Shown in pieces: positions 19,143-27,570 of a stretch of 64,000 bases of DNA. The stretch covers positions 62,822 to 126,821 of the forward strand of contig CAVUVM010000001.1 in assembly GCA_963744935.1 (NCBI GenBank), written 5' to 3'. The number at the start of each line of letters is the position of its first letter. The first letter of the stretch is position 1. Below the pieces are notes generated by a model. The model did no database searches and was not told the DNA's origin. It was given only the letters and a program-made list of their open reading frames with translations. The position numbers were made by a program, and so were the translations under genes. The stretch comes from an uncultured Acidimicrobiaceae bacterium. GTDB taxonomy: Bacteria; Actinomycetota; Acidimicrobiia; Acidimicrobiales; RAAP-2.

Positions 19143-20606
19143 TCAGATCCCCTCCTCGGCATGCAACCGGCCGCTTTTACAGGCAGCGGCGAAGGCCTCG
19201 TGGTCGCGCTCGTTCTGGTCGGCGTAGGCCTCTGCAAAGCGGAGGAGCGCCTTCTCGAACGACGGCTTCGCGCCCAGGTACGACGCGATGGCGATCCGGT
19301 CCCCCGACCGGGCGTGGGCCCGGGCGAGGCTGTGACCGCAGAGTTCGGCATAGGCCGCGACGCCCTCGGGGATGGCGCTCTCGGGGTCGACCGATCCCTT
19401 CCAGTCCTGGAGCTGGCGGACGTAGTAGTCGCGGGTCACCCCGTCGACGCCGTGAGCCCGCTGCCAGCCCAAGAAGATGTCGCTGCTCGCCTGCATCAGG
19501 CGCTGGCCGGCCACCACGCGTTCCCCGTGGTTGTCGTACTGGCTCTTCTTCACGAAGCGCTCGAGGACCGAGGCCTCGGCCTCTTTGGCCTGGAGGAAGA
19601 GGACGTCCTCCGCACGTGGTCCGTGCAACAGGATGATCCAGGCCCGGGTGCCGACGCTGCCCACGCCCACGACCTTGCGCGCCATCTGGCTCAGTGTGTA
19701 CTGCTCGAGGAGTTGCCGGCGATCGGTCGGCAGGCTGTTGCGGTAGCGGCGGAGCAAGTCGCGGAATATGTCGATCATCGCGGCGGACTCGATCTCTGGA
19801 AACAGCTCCTCGATCGGCACGATGACGGGCGGGTCGCTGACGATCCGTCGCTGGCCGTCGACCACGTGTGTCAGCTTGTCGAGCGCGGTCATGGAGTCCT
19901 TGGTGTGCGCCTTGGCGACGATCTTGGACGCGGTGCTCGCCATCCTCACTTGGGCCTTGGTGCCCCGCGCGTCGGCCTGGGCCTTCAAGATGTCCACGAT
20001 CGGCTCGACCTCGACCCGGCTGTACCAGACGTCGAGGTTGTTCATCATCGCCATCAGGCGCATCGACTCGCGGTAGTTCCTCCCGAGGCCCACGACGGCA
20101 TCCGCCCGCACGTCCTTGGAGAAGCCGCGGTGGCGCGCTGCGACGACGATGCTGGCGGCCAGCCGCTTGACGTCCCACTCCCACGGCCCGGGCAGCGTCT
20201 CGTCGAAGTCGTTGCAGTCGAACACGAGCTGGCGTTCGGGCGACCCGAAGACGCCGAAGTTCGACAGGTGGGCGTCACCGCAGATCTGGGCACCCAACCC
20301 CGAGCGGGGCGTGGTGGCGAGGTCCGACGCCATCGCCAGCGCCGCGCCGCGGAAGTAGGTGAACGGCGAGACGAGCATGCGCCCGTAGCGGATCGGCACC
20401 AGCTCGGGGACCCTCGTCTTGGCCTGCTCCTCGAGCAACGCAATCGGGTCGGGCCGCTCCGGTCCGGGATCGAAGACCCCCTGGCTGTCCCGGGGCACCT
20501 TTTCCCGTGCCGCCCTCCCCTTGGCCTTGCTCTCCTCCTCGGTCAGGTGAGGAATCGCCTTGGCGATTGACGTATCCGCCAACGGGACCCGGTCCTCCAC
20601 GGTCAT
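19143..20606 (-). CDS. DUF2252 family protein
   Basis: 487 aa. Contains RYGRMLVSPFTYFRGAA...CGDAHLSNFG...NDFDET, as recalled for DUF2252. Confidence 0.75.
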   Translation of the reverse strand: MTVEDRVPLADTSIAKAIPHLTEEESKAKGRAAREKVPRDSQGVFDPGPERPDPIALLEEQAKTRVPELVPIRYGRMLVSPFTYFRGAALAMASDLATTPRSGLGAQICGDAHLSNFGVFGSPERQLVFDCNDFDETLPGPWEWDVKRLAASIVVAARHRGFSKDVRADAVVGLGRNYRESMRLMAMMNNLDVWYSRVEVEPIVDILKAQADARGTKAQVRMASTASKIVAKAHTKDSMTALDKLTHVVDGQRRIVSDPPVIVPIEELFPEIESAAMIDIFRDLLRRYRNSLPTDRRQLLEQYTLSQMARKVVGVGSVGTRAWIILLHGPRAEDVLFLQAKEAEASVLERFVKKSQYDNHGERVVAGQRLMQASSDIFLGWQRAHGVDGVTRDYYVRQLQDWKGSVDPESAIPEGVAAYAELCGHSLARAHARSGDRIAIASYLGAKPSFEKALLRFAEAYADQNERDHEAFAAACKSGRLHAEEGI

Positions 20607-20708
20607 CGTGGCCTCCTCCCCGGGGCGCGTCGCCGCGTCGTCGTGCCGTGTAGCAGGCTACGCCAGAGTGACAATGGCGTGATCGGGGACCAACGTGAGG
20701 GGTCGAAG

Positions 20709-21668
20709 GTGACGACGGACGAGGACGGGGACGAGCGGAGCGCATCCGGCGCCACCCCACCCTCCACGCGCCGTCCAGGCGTCGGGGCGTCCATCGTCCG
20801 CCTCGTCGACGCCATCCGCACCAGCGACGACGACGCCGTCGAGCAGGCGGTGCTCCAGCTGAGCCAGCGCCGCCGCTGGCTCGCCCCCCTGGCGCTGATC
20901 GTCGGCGCGTTCCTCATGCTCTTCCAGGGCCTCAAGCTGCTCATCACGAACTGGCGCCTCACGCTGGTGCAGATCATCCCCGCCATGTGGATCTGGCTCG
21001 CCTTGCTCGATATCAAGCTCCACGTGCTCCACGGCAAACAGTTCCATGTCGTCCGGGGGCCCGTCCTCATCCCGGCCGTCCTGGCCGTGACCTTGCTCAC
21101 GGCGGCGAGCTTCTACCTCAACGGCGTCTTCGCTTTCGCCATCTCGGTTCCGGGCAAGCCCGAGATCCGTCCGGCGTTCGCCAAGGCCAACCAGCACCTG
21201 GGGGTGATCAGCGCCTGGGGAGTCTCCATCGGCCTGGCGCTGTCGTTCTCCGCACTCATCGCGACGCGCTGGGGTCACTGGCCGTTCGTCATCAGCCAGA
21301 GCATCGTGGTCGGCATCATGATGCTGTGCTATCTGGCGGTGCCGGCGCGCATCGTGGGCATCGAGAAGAAGCGCAACAGCCGCGACAAGTTGGCCGCGAC
21401 CGCCATCGGCGGCGCGGTCGGTGCCATCGTGTGCTCGCCGCCCTATGCGCTGGGTCGCCTCGGCATCTTGATGCTCGGCTGGCGCTACCTCTTCTGGCCC
21501 GGGGTCATCCTCATCGTGATCGGCGCCACCTTGCAGACGGGCGTCACCAGTGCGGTCAAGGCGGTCAAGTTCTCCGCCAAGCTGGTCGGTTCCCCCGAGC
21601 GCGCAGTCAAAGAAGCCGAGGCCCATGCGCAGGCGCACGCGCAGGCACCGACGCAGGCTACGCCCTAA
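20709..21668 (+). CDS. Hypothetical polytopic membrane protein
   Basis: GTG after GAGGGG (the ORF opens at 20643). About 7 TM helices. AHAQAHAQAPTQA tail. Confidence 0.55.
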   Translation: MTTDEDGDERSASGATPPSTRRPGVGASIVRLVDAIRTSDDDAVEQAVLQLSQRRRWLAPLALIVGAFLMLFQGLKLLITNWRLTLVQIIPAMWIWLALLDIKLHVLHGKQFHVVRGPVLIPAVLAVTLLTAASFYLNGVFAFAISVPGKPEIRPAFAKANQHLGVISAWGVSIGLALSFSALIATRWGHWPFVISQSIVVGIMMLCYLAVPARIVGIEKKRNSRDKLAATAIGGAVGAIVCSPPYALGRLGILMLGWRYLFWPGVILIVIGATLQTGVTSAVKAVKFSAKLVGSPERAVKEAEAHAQAHAQAPTQATP

Positions 21669-21678
21669 CGTTCGCCCG

Positions 21679-22566
21679 ATGCCGACGACACTCGAATGGT
21701 TCGGGACCGCGACGTTCCGCGTGCGCGACGCGGGGCTCGACCTCTTTTTCGATGCCTACATCGACCGGCTGCCCGGGCTCCCTCCCGTGGGCCTCACGAC
21801 AGCCGCCGTCGACAAGGCCGATTTCGTCTTCATCAGCCACGCGCACTTCGACCATCTCTACGGCGCCGAACCGATCGCGCGCGGCACCGGCGCGACGGTG
21901 GTGTGCTCGCCCGAGTCCGCGCGCTGTCTGCGCGCCGACGGCGTGCCCGAGGAGCGCCTCCTCGTGGTGACCGGCGGCGAGACCGTGCACTGCGGGCCCT
22001 CGACCCGCGTCAAGGTGCTGCCGGCGCTGCATTCGTGCCTGTTCGCCCACAGCGAGTCCGACTCCTCGGTCGCCTGCCTGGGCGACCTCGACATCAGTGC
22101 ACAACAGCGCGCCGCCAAGATCGCCGGCCTGTTCGGCGCCATGGAGTCGATCTCGTCCAACCCGGCGGGCCAGGCGCTGATCGCCATGAACGAGGTGTGC
22201 TCGCGCCTCGACGGCGGGCAGCTCGCCTATCTGCTGACGACCTCGAGCGGCACGGTGCTCGTGAGCGGGAGCGCGGGCTATTGGCGGGGCATCTTCAGCG
22301 GGTTGCGCCCCGACGTGGCGCTGCTCTCGCTCGGCGGCCGCCCCAACGTCGACGGCGAGCCGTTCCAGGGATCCTCGGTGCAGTTCATGCTCGAGCAGGT
22401 GCAGCTGCTCCGGCCCGGCACGGTCGCGTTCTGCCACCACGACCCGCTCTTCCCCGGGCTGCCCGGCGTCGACATCGCTCCGGCCGCGGCGGCCCTCGAC
22501 GTCCCGGGCGCGCCGGCTGACTACTTCGAGCTCGAGCTCGGCACGCCGGTACCGCTCTTCCGCTGA
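21679..22566 (+). CDS. MBL-fold metallo-hydrolase
   Basis: ISHAHFDH (HxHxDH) motif near the N-terminus. ATG at 21679. Confidence 0.8.
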   Translation: MPTTLEWFGTATFRVRDAGLDLFFDAYIDRLPGLPPVGLTTAAVDKADFVFISHAHFDHLYGAEPIARGTGATVVCSPESARCLRADGVPEERLLVVTGGETVHCGPSTRVKVLPALHSCLFAHSESDSSVACLGDLDISAQQRAAKIAGLFGAMESISSNPAGQALIAMNEVCSRLDGGQLAYLLTTSSGTVLVSGSAGYWRGIFSGLRPDVALLSLGGRPNVDGEPFQGSSVQFMLEQVQLLRPGTVAFCHHDPLFPGLPGVDIAPAAAALDVPGAPADYFELELGTPVPLFR

Positions 22567-22573
22567 CCCACCC

Positions 22574-23185
22574 TCAGCGCAACCGCAACGTCCGCCGCCA
22601 GATCTGCGCCAGCACCGCGACCGGCTCGGCGATGTCGACGGCCGCCGACCGACCGTAGATGTCGAGCAGATACCGGTCGATGAGCACCGACAGCGCCCGG
22701 ATGGTCTCGTCGGGGTGTTCGCATTCGGCCCGTCCCTGCGCGACGAGCACGCGCAGGTGCGCCACTCCGGGCTCAATGAGGCTGTCGAGGGTCGCCCGCC
22801 ACGCCTGGTGCACGTCGAACCCCGCCCCGGCGGCGTCGGAGAACGCCTGCATGACGCGGCCATGGTCGCGGTAGATGGCGGCGATGCGCATGCCCGCCGC
22901 GACGAGCTGGGCGTCGGGGTCCTCGGCGGCCAGCCAGTATTGCGAGGCGAGGGAGAGCTCGTGGGCGATGCCACCCATGTGGCGCCGCACGACGCTCTCG
23001 AGGTCGGGGAAGTAGCGGTAGAAGGCGGTGCGGCCGAGGCCGGCCAGGTCCATCACGTCCTCGACAGTCAGGTCGCGGAACGGCCGGGTCTCGAGCAGGG
23101 ACTCGGTGGCGTCGAGGATCGCCTGCTCGGTCGCCGCCCGGCGCTGTTGCGCGGCGGCCCGGGTTCGCGTGCGCGTCGGCGTCAT
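22574..23185 (-). CDS. TetR-family transcriptional regulator
   Basis: HTH VEDVMDLAGLGRTAFYRYFPD. ATG at 23185 overlaps the stop of the upstream M24 gene (ATGA). Confidence 0.85.
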   Translation of the reverse strand: MTPTRTRTRAAAQQRRAATEQAILDATESLLETRPFRDLTVEDVMDLAGLGRTAFYRYFPDLESVVRRHMGGIAHELSLASQYWLAAEDPDAQLVAAGMRIAAIYRDHGRVMQAFSDAAGAGFDVHQAWRATLDSLIEPGVAHLRVLVAQGRAECEHPDETIRALSVLIDRYLLDIYGRSAAVDIAEPVAVLAQIWRRTLRLR

Positions 23186-24138
23186 AGCCTGCGGAGCGGC
23201 TCGATTCCGTAGCCTGCTGCCGCCCACCGTTGCGCGTGCGGCAGGTGGTCGTCCAACCAGAAGGCGTCGTCCTCGGTGACGACGAGGATCTCTTCGAACT
23301 TCACGCCGACGCCGTCGCGGCCGATGTGCGGCTCGACCGCCCACAGCCCCGGCGAGGCGGGGTAGTCACTGAAGGAGGTGTCGTTCCAGACCGGGTAGGA
23401 GGTCCCGCCCTCGACGGCGGCGACGCCGGCGGCAAGCAGCCCTTCGGCCGCGGCGGTCCCGAACCCCGGCAGCGGGGACGGACGCTCGGGGTCGGCCTCG
23501 AGGGGGAACACCAGGTGCCCGATCGCCCGGTCCGGGTAGTGCTGGTGGCAGTTCTCCCACCCCCGCTGGGCCAACTGGACGTCGAGCTCGCGGTACAGCG
23601 TGAGCAGCGACTCCCCGGCCCGGATGCCCTCCAAGAGAAACGAACGGATCCGCGGCATGACCCGGTCGATGTCGTGGAACAACGGATTGGCGCCCACGAC
23701 ACACGAGTAGCCGATGTCGGTCGAGATGCCGCCGACGACCGGGGCCAGGTCGATGATGACCGGCGCGCCGTCGGCGATGGCCCGGGTGGTGGGGAAGAAC
23801 GGCGTCCCCGGGCGCACGCCCGCCGCGAGGTCCTTGGCGCCGAGGGCGGTCGTGATCCAGTCGGCCCCGAGGATGGTGCGGCGTCCGATCCAGGCGAACG
23901 GCTCGTGGAAGACCTGGGTGACGTCGTTGTTGGCCTGGGCGGCGGCGATGAGGAGGCAGACGTCGAGCTCGGTCATGCCCGGCTCGAGCTGGGACTCGAC
24001 GTGCTGGGCGATGTCGTAGGCCAAGCGCTGGACCTGGCGGAAGCGATCGAGCTCCTCAGCAGAGTACGGAAAGGTGCTGCCGGACACGTCGGTTGCTTCC
24101 CCTGTCAGGTGCTCGATGCAATGGGCCACCCGTGCCAT
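23182..24138 (-). CDS. M24-family metallopeptidase (creatinase/Xaa-Pro peptidase fold)
   Basis: Pita-bread-fold motifs: VIIDLAPVVGGISTDIGYS, HLVFPLE, VKFEEILVVT. Start is ATG 24138 or GTG 24150. Confidence 0.7.
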   Translation of the reverse strand: MARVAHCIEHLTGEATDVSGSTFPYSAEELDRFRQVQRLAYDIAQHVESQLEPGMTELDVCLLIAAAQANNDVTQVFHEPFAWIGRRTILGADWITTALGAKDLAAGVRPGTPFFPTTRAIADGAPVIIDLAPVVGGISTDIGYSCVVGANPLFHDIDRVMPRIRSFLLEGIRAGESLLTLYRELDVQLAQRGWENCHQHYPDRAIGHLVFPLEADPERPSPLPGFGTAAAEGLLAAGVAAVEGGTSYPVWNDTSFSDYPASPGLWAVEPHIGRDGVGVKFEEILVVTEDDAFWLDDHLPHAQRWAAAGYGIEPLRRL

Positions 24139-24143
24139 TGCCG

Positions 24144-24158
24144 GTGACACAGTGTCAC
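24144..24158. promoter_or_regulatory. Perfect 15-bp palindrome GTGACACAGTGTCAC, candidate TetR operator
   Basis: Lies at the 5' end of the M24-TetR operon, 6 bp upstream of ATG 24138. Confidence 0.4.
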
Positions 24159-24260
24159 TCAGGCTGTCACAGCGTCTGCGCGCCTTCCAGTCGTCGCGCC
24201 ACCTCTTGCTCTACCTGGGGATCCACCCCGTCGTCCGCCCACCGCGTCCGCCCGGGGAGC

Positions 24261-24659
24261 TCAGGCCGCCGAGACGAGCGCGTCGGTCAGCCCGTTGATC
24301 CCCTCGAACGCCGCAGCTTGCTCCGCCGTCAGCCCGTAACGGGCCGCCAACGCGGCCGGCGCGGTGTAGCTCACCTGGGTCCCGCGCTCACCGTCGGCCC
24401 AGACGAGGACCTTGAGAGGGAGGTCCAAGGCGGACAGCGGGACGGCGTCCATGACGCCGGTGCCGGCCGCAGGGTTGCCGAAGACGACCAGGGTGGTCTC
24501 TCGCAAGTCGAGGCCGACGGCGCGGGCCTCGGCGCGCTGGTCGATGACCGAGAACACCCTGAGACCTTTGGATCCGAGCAACTCGAGGAACCGGTCGACG
24601 GTGTCGGCCACCGAGCGAGGGCTCGCCTTGGTGACGACGTCGTCAGCCGCGCCACCCAT
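24261..24659 (-). CDS. DUF302 domain protein
   Basis: 132 aa. Contains TTLVVFGNPAAGTGVM...PLKVLVW, typical of DUF302. Confidence 0.75.
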   Translation of the reverse strand: MGGAADDVVTKASPRSVADTVDRFLELLGSKGLRVFSVIDQRAEARAVGLDLRETTLVVFGNPAAGTGVMDAVPLSALDLPLKVLVWADGERGTQVSYTAPAALAARYGLTAEQAAAFEGINGLTDALVSAA

Positions 24660-24674
24660 CGCTCGAGGGGTGCT

Positions 24675-24866
24675 TTATGAAGCGACAGCCCGCCGGACGG
24701 GCCGGGTGGCGTGGTTCTCGCGGAGCCGCTCGGCCGTGTCGCGATCGCGCAGCGGCATCCCGATACCGATCGGGACCGCGGAGGTGAGGTCGTTCCGACA
24801 CTGTGGGCACTCGACCACCCACGTGCGATCCGGGCGTTGAGCAATCTTCGGGTGATGATTTTGCAT
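24675..24866 (-). CDS. Possible small protein (63 aa) with a CPQC motif
   Basis: ATG after GGGAG. Ends 16 nt before the DUF302 start. No family recognised. Confidence 0.3.
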   Translation of the reverse strand: MQNHHPKIAQRPDRTWVVECPQCRNDLTSAVPIGIGMPLRDRDTAERLRENHATRPVRRAVAS

Positions 24867-25023
24867 CTCAAGACTCCCTGGCGGTTTCCCTGGGTGACGC
24901 GCAACCATAGTGAGCGAGGAGCAAAAACGAAAATGGAATTCGCATGATCTGCCGGCTAATCCGTGCTCAAACGATCGTTTGCCCCCCGAGCCATCCGGGG
25001 GAGGACCCGACCGGGCGTCCGCA

Positions 25024-25860
25024 GTGCCGACGCTGAACTCGCCCCAGGCGTATCTGGCCCGGATCGGCCTGGCGACAACCTCTGATCCGGGGCTCGCCGA
25101 GCTCCATCGCGCCCATGCCACCACCATCTCCTTCGAGAACTTCGACTCCTATTCCCGACGGCCCGTCTCACTCGACCTCGCCGACCTCGAAGCCAAGATC
25201 GTCGCCCGCCGCCGGGGCGGCTACTGCTTCGAGCACAACCTCCTGCTGGCCGGGGCGTTGGAGTCTCTCGGGGGCCGAGAGGTCGACCCGATCTTGGCCC
25301 GCGTGCGTCTCGGGCCGGAGGGCGCACCCCGCCCGCTCAACCATCTGCTCCTTCGGGTGCGCGACCGCGACGGTTCGCTCTGGCTGGCCGACGTCGGCTT
25401 GGGCGGGGGCGGGCTCCTCGACCCCGTCCCCTTCGAGGTCGGTCGCGAGTCCGAGCAATCCGGCTGGCGCTATCGGCTGCGCCAGGACGAAGCCGAACTC
25501 GTCCTCCAGGTGTTCTTGGACGGGGACTGGAGTGACATGTACGGCTTCGTCCCCGAGCCGGCGCAACGCGTCGACATCGAGGTCAACAACTGGTACACCG
25601 CGACGCACCCCGAGTCGTCCTTCGTGACGAACATCATGACGGGGCTGCGCAGCCCTGAGCGGTGCCTGACGCTGATCGTGAGCGAGGGTGCCGTGCTCAT
25701 CGAGCGGCCCGTGGGCGGCGCGTCGGGCGTGAGCGAGGTCTCCCTCGACGAGCTGCCCGGTCTGCTCGCCACGCGTCTTGGCATTCCGAACGTGGAGTTG
25801 ACCGACGACGGGACTCGGATCGCACTGCACGACGGCGACGAGCAGACGACGCGCTCTTGA
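25024..25860 (+). CDS. Arylamine N-acetyltransferase
   Basis: YLARIGL..., the catalytic Cys motif RGGYCFEHN, and later HL/D residues. Start is GTG 25024 or ATG 24910. Confidence 0.85.
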   Translation: MPTLNSPQAYLARIGLATTSDPGLAELHRAHATTISFENFDSYSRRPVSLDLADLEAKIVARRRGGYCFEHNLLLAGALESLGGREVDPILARVRLGPEGAPRPLNHLLLRVRDRDGSLWLADVGLGGGGLLDPVPFEVGRESEQSGWRYRLRQDEAELVLQVFLDGDWSDMYGFVPEPAQRVDIEVNNWYTATHPESSFVTNIMTGLRSPERCLTLIVSEGAVLIERPVGGASGVSEVSLDELPGLLATRLGIPNVELTDDGTRIALHDGDEQTTRS

Positions 25861-25891
25861 GCGCGCCGATGCGCGCAGCCGCTCTCTCCCG

Positions 25892-26122
25892 TTACGTGGA
25901 CAGCGGTGCGTCCGCCGGCCTCGCGATGACGTAGAAGAGCGCGCCGAAGAAGGGGATCAAGAGGATCAACACCGTCCAGCCGCCCTTCGCCCAGCCACTG
26001 TGATCACGGCGACGGAAATTGTCGACGAAACACCAGATGACGAAGAAGAGCAGAAGGAAGATCCCGGCGAACATCAGGAATGTCCACAACAGATTGAGCA
26101 GGGGCCACGTGTAAGCGAGCAT
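25892..26122 (-). CDS. PLDc_N-domain small membrane protein
   Basis: ATG after GGAGG. Two TM helices with WTVLILLIPFFGALFYVI. Confidence 0.7.
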   Translation of the reverse strand: MLAYTWPLLNLLWTFLMFAGIFLLLFFVIWCFVDNFRRRDHSGWAKGGWTVLILLIPFFGALFYVIARPADAPLST

Positions 26123-26206
26123 CGTGCACCTCCGGGCTCCGACGTTACCGACCACTCCTGTTGCGCCGGTGGATCCCACGCTCGCAAGCGCCGCCTGGCA
26201 GTACGC

Positions 26207-26869
26207 TTACTCGCCGCTCACAAGTCCGTAGATGCTCACCGCCATCAGATACAGGCCGAGCCCCAGCGACAGGAACACGATGGCCTGGTCGCGGTGGGTG
26301 TTGATCCACTCCAAGAGTGAGGCAAGCAAAGCCTTGACCTTGACCGGCCGGAGCGCCGCGTACACCTCCATGATGATGTAGCTCGCCGAGCACAACAGGC
26401 AGAACGCGAAGACGGCGAAGTACTGGAGCGGCGAGGAGAGCTTGGCCTCGGTGATCGTCGTCACACCCGCCACGACCAGCACCCAGGGCTGGAGGAGGAA
26501 GGCCAGGCCGGCGGCGGCCAGCGGGTTGACCCGGTCGATGCCGCTCATCCACTTGGGCTGCTTCCTCTCCTGCGGAGCGGTCGAGGCCGGCCTGCCCCGG
26601 CGCCGGTAGCCGATGAAGACCAAGACGACGCCGATGGCGAGCTTGATCGTCAACGCCGCCGTCGACGGCGAGGTCTGGGGAAGCAGCGGCTTGCCCCCGG
26701 TGACCACGACGGTCAGCGCGACGATCGCAACGAGGGTGGTCATCCAACCGAGGACGTAGCCGAGACCCTTGAGCAGCCCGCCGTCTGCGGCCAGCAGGAG
26801 GATCATCGCAGTGAGGGGGATCGGCTCCAAGGTGATCACGAGGCCGATTAGGAACAGCTCAAGAAGCAT
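26207..26869 (-). CDS. GAP-family/LysE-like polytopic membrane protein
   Basis: 220 aa with about 6 TM helices and an MLLELFLIGLVITLEPIP start. Confidence 0.6.
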   Translation of the reverse strand: MLLELFLIGLVITLEPIPLTAMILLLAADGGLLKGLGYVLGWMTTLVAIVALTVVVTGGKPLLPQTSPSTAALTIKLAIGVVLVFIGYRRRGRPASTAPQERKQPKWMSGIDRVNPLAAAGLAFLLQPWVLVVAGVTTITEAKLSSPLQYFAVFAFCLLCSASYIIMEVYAALRPVKVKALLASLLEWINTHRDQAIVFLSLGLGLYLMAVSIYGLVSGE

Positions 26870-27268
26870 TCGTCACCACCGCTACGCCGGGCACCGCAGA
26901 ACGTAGCCTCGCCGAGGCCTGCAACCCCCGGATACCCAACGGCGATGCCGTCGCGCCGACAGTGCCGTGCGCCGGGGCCAGTCACGAAAAGGCCTGACGA
27001 GACGAGTAACGAAACCAGGAACGAAACCTGTAAAAGAAATAAGAGGACGAGTGGCCGCCGGGGGCTCGGGACCCCGTTCCATCGATAAAACGACACTTGC
27101 CTCGTGGCGTCGTGTCGGATCCGTCGAGGGCGAACTGCAGCGCCGGCGGCCGCTCGTCCTAGCCAGAATCATGCAGCGAATTGCGGTCGAGCACTAGGGC
27201 AAAAAGTCCTTAGAAGAGGAGGACCAATATCGTCATACACGGCCGTGTGGCGCGCCGCGGCTCGGTAG

Positions 27269-27535
27269 CCTGCGCTCCACGGCGGCGCAGTCATGGCGCT
27301 GGCCGACAGCACGGGGGGTGCATGTGCGTTCCTCAACCTGCCGGAGCAGTCCTCGGGGACGACGACGGTGGAGTCGAAGACCAACTTCCTCCGCGGCGTG
27401 CGCGAGGGCTACATCGAGGCGGTGTCCCACCCGTTGCACATCGGACGCACCGTGGTCGTGGTCGAGACCGACGTACGCGACCAGAACGAACGTCTGGTCG
27501 CCCGCGTTACCCAGACCGAGCTCGTCTTGACCTGA
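27269..27535 (+). pseudogene. 5'-truncated PaaI/hotdog-fold thioesterase fragment
   Basis: The reading frame gives PALHGGAVMALADSTGG...ESKTNFLRG...GRTVVVVETDV. An in-frame TAG at 27266 removes roughly the first 50 aa. Confidence 0.6.
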
Positions 27536-27570
27536 CCCGTGCGCTCAGCGAATGCGCTCAGCGCCTGTGC

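Noticed and set aside
26848-27096. 82-aa minus-strand ORF with a hydrophobic stretch upstream of the GAP-family gene, as a possible leader peptide.
   Set aside because: It overlaps the GAP gene start out of frame, has no ribosome-binding site that I can see, and has Arg/Gly-rich ends. The evidence is insufficient.
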